A stretch of 32,065 nt of DNA from Dehalococcoidia bacterium. Its GTDB lineage: Bacteria; Chloroflexota; Dehalococcoidia; DSTF01; RBG-16-68-14. Where the stretch lies: NCBI GenBank assembly GCA_040882355.1, contig JBBEBM010000032.1, positions 1 to 32,065 on the forward strand, in the 5' to 3' direction. This document shows positions 12,790-22,377 of this stretch, piece after piece (within the stretch, counting starts at the first letter, position 1; each line of letters starts with the position of its first letter). A model generated the notes under the pieces. The model saw only the letters and a list, made by a program, of their open reading frames with translations, was not told the DNA's origin and did not search any database. The position numbers and the translations under genes are program-made.

Positions 12790-13101
12790 CCGAACGGCCT
12801 CCCGCTCCTGCATCGCCGCCCAAGGGCGGCGGTGTGGGGGTCTCAGGGCAAGGCTCGCCCGCAGAAGACACGTCGCCCGTGCGGGTTTCCCCCGACACGA
12901 CCGAACCTTACCAAGAGGGGGTAGCAGCGCCGCCCCGGCGGCCATCGCGGCGCCATCCGGCCGCGAAGGCGGGGCGCCGTCTATCTGCAGGCTGGGGTTC
13001 TCATCTCCCATCGGACGGAGAGGGCAACAGTTCTGCGCCATGGCTGCCGAAACTCTAGTGGTAAACCCTGTGCGGGTTTACCCGAAGCGCGAGAGGCCGG
13101 T

Positions 13102-13536
13102 ATGAGCAACGCCACCAAGCCAGGGAAGGGACCGCGGAAGCGGCTGCGCTCCAGCCGCGGCCAGAGCATGGCCGAGCTGGGCCTTGTCCTCCCAATCATC
13201 ATGCTGATCATCGTCGGCGTCGTGGAGATCGCCGACGGGATGAACGCCTACCTCACGGTCGTCGACTCGGCGCGAGACGGCGCCCGCCTGGGCGCCAAGG
13301 GCGGCGCATCGGACGACGAGATCAAGAACCTGGTGGTGACGGAGACGGACCGCCTGCGCGACCCGATCGACCCCAGCACCGACATCACGGTCGATCACGT
13401 CACGGTCGACGGCGTTGATGCGATCCGCGTCGAGGTATGCAACGACCGCTCGCTCCTCATGGGCGTGCCGCTTGTCTTACCCGAGGACTTCCGCATGTGC
13501 AGCACTACAACCATGCGTGTCTTGCCGGCATCATGA
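13102..13536 (+). CDS. TadE-like minor pilin
   Basis: RSSRG|QSMAELGLVLPIIMLIIVGVVE...DSARDGARLGA. Confidence 0.88.
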   Translation: MSNATKPGKGPRKRLRSSRGQSMAELGLVLPIIMLIIVGVVEIADGMNAYLTVVDSARDGARLGAKGGASDDEIKNLVVTETDRLRDPIDPSTDITVDHVTVDGVDAIRVEVCNDRSLLMGVPLVLPEDFRMCSTTTMRVLPAS

Positions 13537-13562
13537 TCAAACCAGGGGGTGGGAGAACGGCG

Positions 13563-14828
13563 ATGCAACGACTCAACAGCGAACGGTCCCAAGTACTACC
13601 GATCATGGCGCTGCTGTGCGTGGCGCTCATTGGCCTGATGGGCCTTGCCCTGGACATCGGCCGGATTGTGATCGCGAGAGCGGAGCTGAGCCGGGCGCTG
13701 GACTCGGCGGCGCTTGCCGGCGTGGTCGAGTTGCCGAACGTCGACGCGGCGCAAGACCGCGCGGCCGTCTACATGGACGACAACCTCCCGACCAGCACGA
13801 TCAGCTTCCCGGCGACCGAACAGGAGTACCAGTTCCGGGTGCAGGGCGAACGCACCGTGGACTTGATCTTCATGGGCATCTTCGGCTTCGGCGAGACAGC
13901 CATTGACGCCCAGGCCGCCGCCGGATACGGCATCATCCCTGTCGACGCCATGGTCACGCTGGACGCGACGGGGAGCATGCATACCGGCTGCAACGCCGAC
14001 GAAACCAACACCGGCGGCGCCTGCCCTATCAAGGAGGCGCGGGACGCCGCTAGCCTGTTCGCGGACATTCTCCTACCCAACACACCCACGTCTACGACCA
14101 CCAAGGTCGCGTCCGGCGCCTTCCGAGGCTGTTACGACCCGCCCAGGGACAACGTGAAGTGCATCCCCACATCTGTGATCCAGGCGCTAACGAACAACCA
14201 GACGACGATCATAAACGGGATCAGCAACATCCACGCGGTTGGCGCGACGGGCCAGCCGACCGGCGGCTCAGGCACGAACATCTGCCAGGCGCTGAAAAAG
14301 GTGCAGGACACGATCTTCGGCGCCGGCTCCCACACAGAGACGAACACGCTGCGCTTCGTCGTCATCCTCTCCGACGGTGACAGCGTCTACAACGCCACGC
14401 AGGTGAACCAGACGAGTCCTCAGTCGCCGGAGTCGCCGTGCCGTCCGACGAACCCGTCCACCAACGACGGTGACGTGAGCGCGAACTGCCTGAACACGAC
14501 GCAGACCCAGGAGGCGAAGGTCGACCGCCTTTCGAAGACACAGGCCGACAACATCAGGCTCCAGGGAGTCGAGATCTACGTCGTCGCGTTCAGCGTCTGC
14601 GGCGGCGCCGGCGCGCACACCGGCACCTGTCCGACCAACTCGAGCACCGTCATCGGGCAGACCGGCTCGTCATTCCCTGACAGTCTGACGGACCACGTGC
14701 TCTTGAAGTGCATCGCCTCGTCCAAGTCGGGCACGAACGATCACTACTTCGAGACGTCGACCGCTTCTGAGCTGCCTGGCATCTTCGAGCAGATCGCGCG
14801 CAGCATCACCTACCGGCTGACGGAGTGA
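13563..14828 (+). CDS. Second TadG-like pseudopilin with vWA domain
   Basis: ATG 13563 after GGGAG; SERS|QVLPIMALLCVALIGLMGLALDIG...RALDSAALAGVVEL; VTLDATGSM, GTNI, VVILSDG, VEIYVVAF, LPGIFEQIA. Confidence 0.86.
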   Translation: MQRLNSERSQVLPIMALLCVALIGLMGLALDIGRIVIARAELSRALDSAALAGVVELPNVDAAQDRAAVYMDDNLPTSTISFPATEQEYQFRVQGERTVDLIFMGIFGFGETAIDAQAAAGYGIIPVDAMVTLDATGSMHTGCNADETNTGGACPIKEARDAASLFADILLPNTPTSTTTKVASGAFRGCYDPPRDNVKCIPTSVIQALTNNQTTIINGISNIHAVGATGQPTGGSGTNICQALKKVQDTIFGAGSHTETNTLRFVVILSDGDSVYNATQVNQTSPQSPESPCRPTNPSTNDGDVSANCLNTTQTQEAKVDRLSKTQADNIRLQGVEIYVVAFSVCGGAGAHTGTCPTNSSTVIGQTGSSFPDSLTDHVLLKCIASSKSGTNDHYFETSTASELPGIFEQIARSITYRLTE

Positions 14829-14848
14829 CGGAGAAGGGCCGCACGAAC

Positions 14849-15346
14849 ATGGCAGTGAACAAGCGCGGACGCAAGCGGCAGCGCGGACAGGCGATCGCTG
14901 AGTTTGCCATGATCACGCCGGTGCTGATGCTGATCATCTTCGGCATCATCGATATCTCGCGCATCTACAACGCGTGGGTAACCGTCCAGGGCTCGGCGCG
15001 GGAGGCCGCCCGTTACGGCGTCACCGGCCGCTCCGACTGCAACATCACCACGCCGACGCGGATCGACTGCATCGAGGACGCCGCGTTCCGGCGCGCCGAC
15101 GCGCTCACGAACACCCCTGCTGACATTGGCATCAGCGTGCGGAGCTGGGAGTTCCCGGACTACGACAATCCTCCGACCGAGGACGACGCCGGCGAGCAAT
15201 GCGACGCGCTGGAGGTGCAGATCGACTACGACTTCACGCCCTCCACGCCGCTCATCGGCAACATCATCGGCGACATCCACCTTGTGGGACGCGAGCGGAT
15301 GGTGAACGAGCCGTTCGGGCCCTGCGAGCCGCCGCCGCCCGACTAG
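14849..15346 (+). CDS. TadE-like minor pilin (alternative GTG start at 14825 overlapping upstream stop)
   Basis: RKRQRG|QAIAEFAMITPVLMLIIFGIIDISR...SAREAARYGV. Confidence 0.88.
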   Translation: MAVNKRGRKRQRGQAIAEFAMITPVLMLIIFGIIDISRIYNAWVTVQGSAREAARYGVTGRSDCNITTPTRIDCIEDAAFRRADALTNTPADIGISVRSWEFPDYDNPPTEDDAGEQCDALEVQIDYDFTPSTPLIGNIIGDIHLVGRERMVNEPFGPCEPPPPD

Positions 15347-15358
15347 CCGTAGAGAACG

Positions 15359-15408
15359 CGAAGGACTGCGGACGACGCCATCTCCCGTTACGTCGCCCGC
15401 AGTCTTCG
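15359..15408. terminator. Hairpin between convergent tad cluster and ftsZ
   Basis: CGAAGGACTGCGGACGACG ... CGTCGCCCGCAGTCTTCG imperfect inverted repeat 12 nt after the stop codon. Confidence 0.55.
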
Positions 15409-15506
15409 TGTGTCCCGTTCTCTCGCGGGACCGAGTGCCTCGCCCACGGCGAGGAGTAGCGTACGGTTAGACAGGCACCTCCTTTCTCCTTGTCGTCACC
15501 GCCTCC

Positions 15507-16586
15507 CTATCGCATCGCAACGGTGCGGCGCAGGAAGGCGGGGAGCTCCGTGTCAACGGGCGGCGGGCCCGGCTCCGCCTCTTCGTCGTGAGGCGTGTCG
15601 ATGCCCGTGGTGATGTCGTGTGTCTCCACGGCGCGCGGGCCGATCGGGAAGCCGGTGGCGATCACAGTCACCTTGACCTCGTCGCCCAGACTTGGGTCGA
15701 TCGCCGTGCCGAAGATGATCTCCGCGTCCGGCGAAACGACCTCGGCGATCACCTGCGCCGCGGCGTGCAGCTCGTGCAGGCCGAGGTTGCGCGCGCCGAC
15801 GACGTTGTAGAGCACGGCCTTCGCCCCTTCAATATTCACATCCAGGAGCGGGCTGTTCACGGCGGCGCGCGCGGCCTCCACGGCCCGGTCCTTGCCGGCG
15901 CCCCGCCCGATGGCGAGGAGCGCCGGGCCGGCGTCTTCCATCACTCGCCGCACGTCGGCGAAGTCGAGGTTGATCTCGCCGGCGAGCGTGATCAGCTCGG
16001 AGATGCCCTGGATGCCCTGGCGGAGCACGTCGTCGGCGGTGCGGAAGGCCTCCTCCACCGTCGCCTCCGGTCCGCAGATGTCGAAGAGCCGGTCGTTGGG
16101 GATGACGATGAGCGTATCGACCTGATCGCGGAGCCGGACGATGCCCTGCTCCGCGGCCTGGCGGCGCTTAGCGCCTTCGAAGCCGAAGGGCTTCGTGACG
16201 ACGCCGACGGTCAGCGCGCCCGCCTCACGGGCCGCCTCCGCGACGATGGGCGAGGCACCGGTGCCGGTGCCGCCGCCCATGCCGGCGGTGATGAAGACCA
16301 TCTGCGCCCCGCGAACGGCGTCCAGCACCTCATCACGGCTCTCTTCGGCGGCGCGCTCCCCCTTGTCGGGGTCGCCACCCGCCCCCAGGCCCTTCGTCAG
16401 CTTGTCACCCATGCGGATGCGCACGGGCGCCTCGCAGCGGGCAAGCGCCTGGGCGTCCGTGTTCACCCCGACGAACTGGACGTCCATTGCGTTTTCCTGG
16501 AGCATGCGATTGACAGCGTTGCAGCCGCCGCCGCCCACCCCCACGACTTTGATGGCCGGGATCCCGTTTAGGTCTGCGCTCATCAT
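15507..16586 (-). CDS. ftsZ: Cell division GTPase FtsZ (possible longer form from ATG 16799)
   Basis: [58 protein letters not shown]-terminal [20 protein letters not shown] upstream of 16586. Confidence 0.97.
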   Translation of the reverse strand: MMSADLNGIPAIKVVGVGGGGCNAVNRMLQENAMDVQFVGVNTDAQALARCEAPVRIRMGDKLTKGLGAGGDPDKGERAAEESRDEVLDAVRGAQMVFITAGMGGGTGTGASPIVAEAAREAGALTVGVVTKPFGFEGAKRRQAAEQGIVRLRDQVDTLIVIPNDRLFDICGPEATVEEAFRTADDVLRQGIQGISELITLAGEINLDFADVRRVMEDAGPALLAIGRGAGKDRAVEAARAAVNSPLLDVNIEGAKAVLYNVVGARNLGLHELHAAAQVIAEVVSPDAEIIFGTAIDPSLGDEVKVTVIATGFPIGPRAVETHDITTGIDTPHDEEAEPGPPPVDTELPAFLRRTVAMR

Positions 16587-16817
16587 ACTCTCCCTCCTCC
16601 TTGCTCCCCGACGGGCCGGCGGGTCGTCGTGCTGACCGCGCTGGGGGACGGTGGGGCTCGCTTCGCCCCGGTACTCCTCATCGGTGCTCTCCATTCGTGT
16701 GGGGTCGATCGCTTCGTCGATGTCCGGCTCGGCCACCATGCCCGGCAGGTTTGGCTGCTCCGAGCCCCGGCCAGCCCGCGTCGCGTCGTTCTCAGGCATC
16801 CCTACCACTCCTCACTC

Positions 16818-18059
16818 CTATTCCGGCAACAGCACGCGCGCCCAGCGCGTGAGCCGCTGCCACAGGTCGCCTCCCACAGGCGCCACGCGCTGCTGGGCGT
16901 GCCAGGTGCCCACCTCGTACTGGCGCACCGCCCACTGCAGCACGCCGACGCTGGTGGCGTAGGCGGGGTCGCAGAGCGCGTCCACGAGTCCCTGCAGGTT
17001 GCGCGGCGCGCCGACGCGGGCGGGCAGCCCCGTCGCCTGCTCAGCGGCCGTAGCGATGCCGGGCAGGTTCGCCGTGCCGCCCGTCAGCACCAGCCCGGCC
17101 GAGAGAATGTCGTCGTGGACGGAGCGGCGCACCTCCTGCATCGCCAGCTCGCAGATCTCCTCGATCCGCGCCTGGACGATCTCGGCGATACGACGGCGCG
17201 GCACCGACTTGCGGCCCTCCTCGCCGAAGGCGTCGATCTCAACCGTCTCCTCGGCATCGATCGCGCCGGGCAGCGAGTGGCCGAACAGTGTCTTTGCGTC
17301 CTCCGCCGCCTGATACGGGCAGCGAAGCCCGACGACGAGGTCGCGCGTGAGGTGCCCGCCACCGAGCGGGAGCACGGCGGTGTGGTAGACCGCGCCTTCA
17401 ACGAAGGCAGCGACGTCCGTCGTGCCGGCGCCGATATCGACGAGCACGACGCCCTGGCTCTTCTCTTCGTCCGAGAGCACCGCCTCCGCGCTGGCGAGCG
17501 ACGCCAGTACCGGCTGCTCCATGCGAACGCCCGCGTTCGCCACGCACTGGGCGAGGTTCTGGAGCACCGTGCTCAGGCCGGTCACGATGTGCGTCTCCAC
17601 GTCCAGCCGCTGGCCGTACATGCCGACCGGGTCGGTGACGTGCTCCTGGCCGTCCACGACGAAGAAGCGCGGCACCGCGTGGATGACCTCTCGATTGGTC
17701 GGTATGGCCACGATCTGCGAGCCGTCCAGCACGCGCAGCACGTCGTCGTGGCTGATCGGGCGCTCCCGGTCCGGGATCGCGACGATGCCTCGGTTGTTCT
17801 GACACGAGATGTGCGGCCCCGCGACCGAGACGAACGCCGAGCCGACCGGCACGCCGCTCGATCGCCGGGCCTGGTCGACCGAGGTGCGGATCGATTCGCC
17901 CGCGTCGCGCAGGTTCTCGACCATGCCCCGGTTCAGCCCGTGCGCCGCGGCCACGCCCACGCCCAGGATGCGCAGCGGCTGCTCGGGCAGCATCTCGCCC
18001 ACCAGGGTCACGACCTTAGTGCTGCCGACATCGATCGATGTGAACACGTTACCTTTCAT
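16818..18059 (-). CDS. ftsA: Cell division protein FtsA
   Basis: IDVGSTKV, LVDIGAGTTD, GGGHLTRDL, VLTGGTANLPG, C-terminal amphipathic WQRLTRWARVLLPE. Confidence 0.96.
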   Translation of the reverse strand: MKGNVFTSIDVGSTKVVTLVGEMLPEQPLRILGVGVAAAHGLNRGMVENLRDAGESIRTSVDQARRSSGVPVGSAFVSVAGPHISCQNNRGIVAIPDRERPISHDDVLRVLDGSQIVAIPTNREVIHAVPRFFVVDGQEHVTDPVGMYGQRLDVETHIVTGLSTVLQNLAQCVANAGVRMEQPVLASLASAEAVLSDEEKSQGVVLVDIGAGTTDVAAFVEGAVYHTAVLPLGGGHLTRDLVVGLRCPYQAAEDAKTLFGHSLPGAIDAEETVEIDAFGEEGRKSVPRRRIAEIVQARIEEICELAMQEVRRSVHDDILSAGLVLTGGTANLPGIATAAEQATGLPARVGAPRNLQGLVDALCDPAYATSVGVLQWAVRQYEVGTWHAQQRVAPVGGDLWQRLTRWARVLLPE

Positions 18060-18952
18060 TGGGCAGCCTCCTGGGACGGCGGGTCCGCCTGCACGGCGAC
18101 GCGGTCGCCGAAGCGCAGATCGACCTGGCGGACGACGCGCCCCTGTTCTCGAGCGCTCTGGAGCACCGCGAAGAGCGACGCTACCTTGAATTCGAGACCC
18201 TGCGTGCCGCCGAAAACGGCGCGCAGCTCCGGCTGGCCGGCGCCGGCCGCGAACACGGCGGTCACGCCCGCCGCCTGCGAGTACTCCAGCCGGACCAGCG
18301 GCCGCTCGACCGCGCGCTCCGCCGCAACCGCGAGGATGCGCGCGAGCGCGACCGCGTCACGATCGACCGAGTCTCCGGGCTTGGGCGGCGGGAGGGCGTC
18401 GGTCTGCACGATCGCCGGGGCGCCGGGCGGCACCGGCACGTCGATGACAACGCCCTCGTCGTCGATGACGAAGCTCTGCGCTCCCACCTGCCAGAGGCCC
18501 CAGGGCGTTCGTTCGACGATCTGGATGCTGGCGCCGCGCGGCCAGTTGCGTGTGATCTGTACGTCCTTCACCATTGGCAGCGTCGTCAGCCGGTCGCTGG
18601 CGGCGGCGAAGCCCGGGCGGACCATGCTTTCGCCATCGACGGCTGCGAGCGTCTCGATCTGCTGCGGCGAGAGCGTCACCGTGCCCGACACCGAGACGTC
18701 CTGCACCGAGAGCAGCGGTGAGTTGTAGAGCCACCAGCCGCCGGCGGTGACGGACACCCCCGTGACGGCGGCGAGCGCAAACCGGCGCCAGTGGACGCGA
18801 GCGACGAACGCGCCGAGCGCCGGCCAGCGAGGGAGCCGCGCGACACGCGGCAGGCGCCAGACCGGCATGAAGCGCCGCGAGCGCCGCTGCGCCCGGTCGA
18901 CCATGACCGGTTGCCAGCGCGAGCCGGCGCGGGCGGCGTGCCGCTTAGCCAC
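18056..18952 (-). CDS. ftsQ: Cell division protein FtsQ/DivIB
   Basis: Basic N-terminus, one TM segment, POTRA-like VQDVSVSG...LPMVKDVQITRNWP...IVERTP, C-terminal VDLRF; sits between ddl and ftsA. Confidence 0.85.
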   Translation of the reverse strand: MAKRHAARAGSRWQPVMVDRAQRRSRRFMPVWRLPRVARLPRWPALGAFVARVHWRRFALAAVTGVSVTAGGWWLYNSPLLSVQDVSVSGTVTLSPQQIETLAAVDGESMVRPGFAAASDRLTTLPMVKDVQITRNWPRGASIQIVERTPWGLWQVGAQSFVIDDEGVVIDVPVPPGAPAIVQTDALPPPKPGDSVDRDAVALARILAVAAERAVERPLVRLEYSQAAGVTAVFAAGAGQPELRAVFGGTQGLEFKVASLFAVLQSAREQGRVVRQVDLRFGDRVAVQADPPSQEAAQ

Positions 18953-20006
18953 GTCGCTGCTCCTTGTGCCGCTCGAGCGCCAGGTCCACCAGCCGCTCGA
19001 TCAGCGCCGCATAGCTCAGGCCGGCGTGCTGCCAGAGCAGCGGATACATGCTGTCAGGCTTGAAGCCCGGCACCGTGTTGATCTCATCGATGAGGACGTC
19101 ACCGTCATCGGTCAAAAAGAAGTCCATCCGACCCATGCCGGCGCAGTCGATGGCGCGATAACCGCGTACGGCCAGCTCCTGAATGCGCTCCGCGGTCGCC
19201 TCCGGCAGGTCGGCCGGAACGATGAGCTGCGTGGATGGGTCCAGGTACTTTGCCTCGTAGTCGTAGAACTCGCGCGTGTACTTGATCTCGCCCAGCGGCG
19301 ACGGCTGCGGGTCGTCGTTGCCGAGCACAGCGCACTCGACTTCGCGTCCCGCGACCGCGCGCTCGACGAGCAGCTTGCGGTCGTACTGGAAAGCAGCGCA
19401 GAAGGCGCCACCCAGGTCTTCGCGCGAGTGCGCCTTCGTGATGCCGACGCTGCTGCCACCGTTCGCCGGCTTGACGAACGCTGGGTAGCCGATCGAATTC
19501 TCGACCGCGTCGCGCAGGGCGTCAGGGTTCGACTTGTACTCGGCGAGACGGACGACGATGTGCTCGGCGGTGTCGAGGCTGGCCTGGCGGAAGAGCCGCT
19601 TCATCAACGCCTTGTCCATGCCGATCGCGCTCGCGGCGACGCCCGCGCCCGCGTAGGGCACGCCTGCCAGCTCGAGTAAGCCCTGGAGCGTACCGTCCTC
19701 ACCGTGCGTGCCGTGGATCAGCGGGAACGCCACGTCGATCTCGGCCAGGACGGCCAGCGTCTCCGGCCGCGCAAGGATGCCTGTCTCGTCCGAGACGAGC
19801 GTCTTGTGGAACGGCTCGTCCGGGCGCGCGAGCTGGCGCTCCGTCTCCTCCACGGGGAGCCAGGCGCCGGCCTTCGTCACGCCGATCGGCACGACGTCGA
19901 AGCGTTCGCGCGCGGCCTCGATTACGGCCTGCGCGGAGACGACCGAGACCTCGTGCTCGCCGGACTCGCCGCCGAAGATCACGCCCAGCCGGAGCTTCTC
20001 AGCCAT
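18945..20006 (-). CDS. ddl: D-alanine--D-alanine ligase
   Basis: Start at ATG 20006 (SD GGGGAGGG); FGGESGEHEVS, HGTHGEDGTLQG, VKPANGGSSVG, YDYEAKY, EINTVPG. Confidence 0.95.
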   Translation of the reverse strand: MAEKLRLGVIFGGESGEHEVSVVSAQAVIEAARERFDVVPIGVTKAGAWLPVEETERQLARPDEPFHKTLVSDETGILARPETLAVLAEIDVAFPLIHGTHGEDGTLQGLLELAGVPYAGAGVAASAIGMDKALMKRLFRQASLDTAEHIVVRLAEYKSNPDALRDAVENSIGYPAFVKPANGGSSVGITKAHSREDLGGAFCAAFQYDRKLLVERAVAGREVECAVLGNDDPQPSPLGEIKYTREFYDYEAKYLDPSTQLIVPADLPEATAERIQELAVRGYRAIDCAGMGRMDFFLTDDGDVLIDEINTVPGFKPDSMYPLLWQHAGLSYAALIERLVDLALERHKEQRRG

Positions 20007-22377
20007 CGAAGCCCTCCCCGACCAGACCGACTTCGAGCTCAAGTTCGATGCCGTAGCGGTCTCGCACGCGCTGACGCGTTATGTCAACGAGGCCCTTCAC
20101 GTCCGCTGCTCGGGCCTTGCCTACATTAAGGAAGAAGTTGCAGTGCTTGTCGGAAATCATCGCGTCGCCGATGCGATGCCCGCGCAGGCCGACTTCATCG
20201 ATCAGGCGCCAGGCGGGGTGCTCCGGCGGGTTCTTGAAGATCGAGCCCGCGTTTCGCCCGCGCGGCTGCGCCTTCAGCCGCCGCGCGTCCAGGTCGCGCA
20301 CGCGTTCGGTCAGCGCTTCGGTGTCGCCGGGCCAGAGGGTGAACTCGGCGGCGAGAACGATGCGGTCGCGGTACTGACCGCGCGTAAAGACGCTGCCCCG
20401 GTAGACGAGATCGAGCTGGTCCGCGGCGACCTCCTTGGCTGCGCCCGTACCGTTGACGACGTTGATCGAGCGGAGCACATCGCTCAGGCAGCCGCCATAG
20501 GCGCCCGCGTTGTAGACGACAGCGCCGCCCAGCGTGCCCGGGATGCCGCTGGCCCACTCTAGGCCAGCGTAGCCCTGCCGGGCGAGCGTGCGCGCCACGC
20601 CGGCGAAGCTCGCGCCGGACTCGACACGGAAGGTGAGGCCGCCCTGACCGTCCGGCTCGGGGCCGTGCACCGCCTTCGCGCGGTTCTCGATGACGACGCC
20701 GCGAATGCCGCCGTCGCCGACGACGATGTTGCTGCCGGAGCCGAGCACGAAGACGGGCGCGCCTTGCGCGCGGCAGACGATGGCGATGCGAGCAAGCTGG
20801 TCCGCGTTCTCAGCTACGACGTACACGTCGGCCGGCCCGCCGACGCCGAACGTCGTGTGGCGGGAGAGGGGCTCGTTCGTGCGCACCGTTGTGATTCGTT
20901 CGAGATCCGCGATCAGCTTCTCGGAACCTGAAGACACGAGAACCTGGGAACCGGCGCCTTGCGCGACCTGGTTCCCTGTCCCTTGTCCCTTGTTCCTGAG
21001 CACTTCGAGCACCAGCGGGCCGACGGCGTCCACGTCGCCGGCGCCGATCGTGAAGAAGACGTCGCCGGGACGCAGCAGGTCGAGCGCGACCTGCGTGGCT
21101 TCGTCGAACGTATCGACGTAGCGGGCGCGCGGCGCTTCGATCGCGTCGGCGAGCTCCCGCGCGTCCATGCCGTCCGATTCCGGCTCGCGGGCGGCGTAGG
21201 TGGCGAGCAACAGCAGCTCGTCGAGCCCGTCGAAGCAGGTGCGGAAGCCTTCGAGCAGGTACCGTGTGCGGCTGTACGTGTGCGGCTGGAAGAGCGCGAC
21301 GATGCGCCTGCCCGGGAACCATGCCCGCGCGGCCTCGACGGTGTCGGCGACCTCCGTCGGATGGTGGGCGTAGTCGTCCATCACGACGACGCCGTCCGCC
21401 TCGCCGATGCGCTCGAAGCGGCGCCTGGCGCCCGCGTAGGCGCGCAGCGTCGCGCGCACAACGTCGTCCGGGATGTCGAGCTTGCGCGCGGCCACGATCG
21501 CGGCGAGCGCGTTCGAGACGTTGTGACGGATCGGGAGCGCGAGCTCGTACCGTCCGGCCACGTCGCCTTTGTGGAGCACGGTGAACGCCTGAGCGCCGTC
21601 CTGCAGGACTTCAACGTCGCGCGCCGTCCAGTCTGCGCCAGTGGCGAGGCCATACGTCTCGACCTCAGCCTGCAACGCCGTCGACGCGACGAGCTCGCGG
21701 AGCTTCGGGCTGTCGGCGCAGACGATCAACGCGGCGCCTGGCTTGACCTGCGACATGAACTGCCCGAACGCCTCGCTCAGCGCCTCGAACGAGCCGTAGA
21801 TGTCGAGATGGTCCGGCTCGACGTTCGTGACGACGGCGAGGTCCGGATGGTACTCGAGGAACGCGCGGTCGAACTCGTCCGCCTCGACGACGATCTCGTT
21901 GCCCTCGCCGGGCGCGGCGTTCGCGCCGAGGTCGCGCACCTCGCCGCCCACCAGGTAGGTCGGCGAGCGGCCGGCGCGGACAAGCATCGAGGCGATCAGG
22001 CCGGTCGTTGTGGTCTTGCCGTGAGTGCCGGCGACGCAGACCGAGGAGCGGCCCTCCATCAGCCGGGCGATGAACTCGGCGCGCTTGAGCACCGGGACGC
22101 CGCGGCGTCGCGCCTCGACAAGCTCCGGGTTGTCGTCTTTGGCGGCCGACGTGGTCACCACAAGCTGCGCCTCGCCGACGTTTTCGGCGCGATGTCCTTC
22201 GAACACCGTCACGCCGAGCCCCTCGAGCGTGTCAGTCAGCGGCGAGCGGCGAGTGTCGGACCCCGTTACGGTGTGGCCCCAGGCGGCGAGGATGCGGGCG
22301 ATGCCCGACAGGTGCATGCCACCGACGCCCACCAGGTGGACGCGCTCCGGAATGGCGAGCGGTCGTTCCGCCGTCAC
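19999..22377 (-). CDS. murC-murB: Fused MurC (UDP-MurNAc--L-Ala ligase) - MurB (UDP-N-acetylenolpyruvoylglucosamine reductase)
   Basis: GTG 22377 overlaps the murG stop. MurC motifs VGVGGMHLSG, AGTHGKTTT, EADEFD, DDYAHHPTE, FQPH, GAGDV. In frame after them are MurB motifs TTFGVGG, LGSGSN, GIPGTLGGAVVYNAGAYG, NAGSIFKNP, KHCNF, ELEV. Confidence 0.93.
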   Translation of the reverse strand: MTAERPLAIPERVHLVGVGGMHLSGIARILAAWGHTVTGSDTRRSPLTDTLEGLGVTVFEGHRAENVGEAQLVVTTSAAKDDNPELVEARRRGVPVLKRAEFIARLMEGRSSVCVAGTHGKTTTTGLIASMLVRAGRSPTYLVGGEVRDLGANAAPGEGNEIVVEADEFDRAFLEYHPDLAVVTNVEPDHLDIYGSFEALSEAFGQFMSQVKPGAALIVCADSPKLRELVASTALQAEVETYGLATGADWTARDVEVLQDGAQAFTVLHKGDVAGRYELALPIRHNVSNALAAIVAARKLDIPDDVVRATLRAYAGARRRFERIGEADGVVVMDDYAHHPTEVADTVEAARAWFPGRRIVALFQPHTYSRTRYLLEGFRTCFDGLDELLLLATYAAREPESDGMDARELADAIEAPRARYVDTFDEATQVALDLLRPGDVFFTIGAGDVDAVGPLVLEVLRNKGQGTGNQVAQGAGSQVLVSSGSEKLIADLERITTVRTNEPLSRHTTFGVGGPADVYVVAENADQLARIAIVCRAQGAPVFVLGSGSNIVVGDGGIRGVVIENRAKAVHGPEPDGQGGLTFRVESGASFAGVARTLARQGYAGLEWASGIPGTLGGAVVYNAGAYGGCLSDVLRSINVVNGTGAAKEVAADQLDLVYRGSVFTRGQYRDRIVLAAEFTLWPGDTEALTERVRDLDARRLKAQPRGRNAGSIFKNPPEHPAWRLIDEVGLRGHRIGDAMISDKHCNFFLNVGKARAADVKGLVDITRQRVRDRYGIELELEVGLVGEGFDG

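Noticed and set aside
13015..13055. Second c-di-GMP riboswitch (AGGGCAAC...GGCTGCCG)
   Set aside because: Lacks the GCAAACC/P2 stem and GGACGCAAAGCC core, and is too short to form the aptamer.
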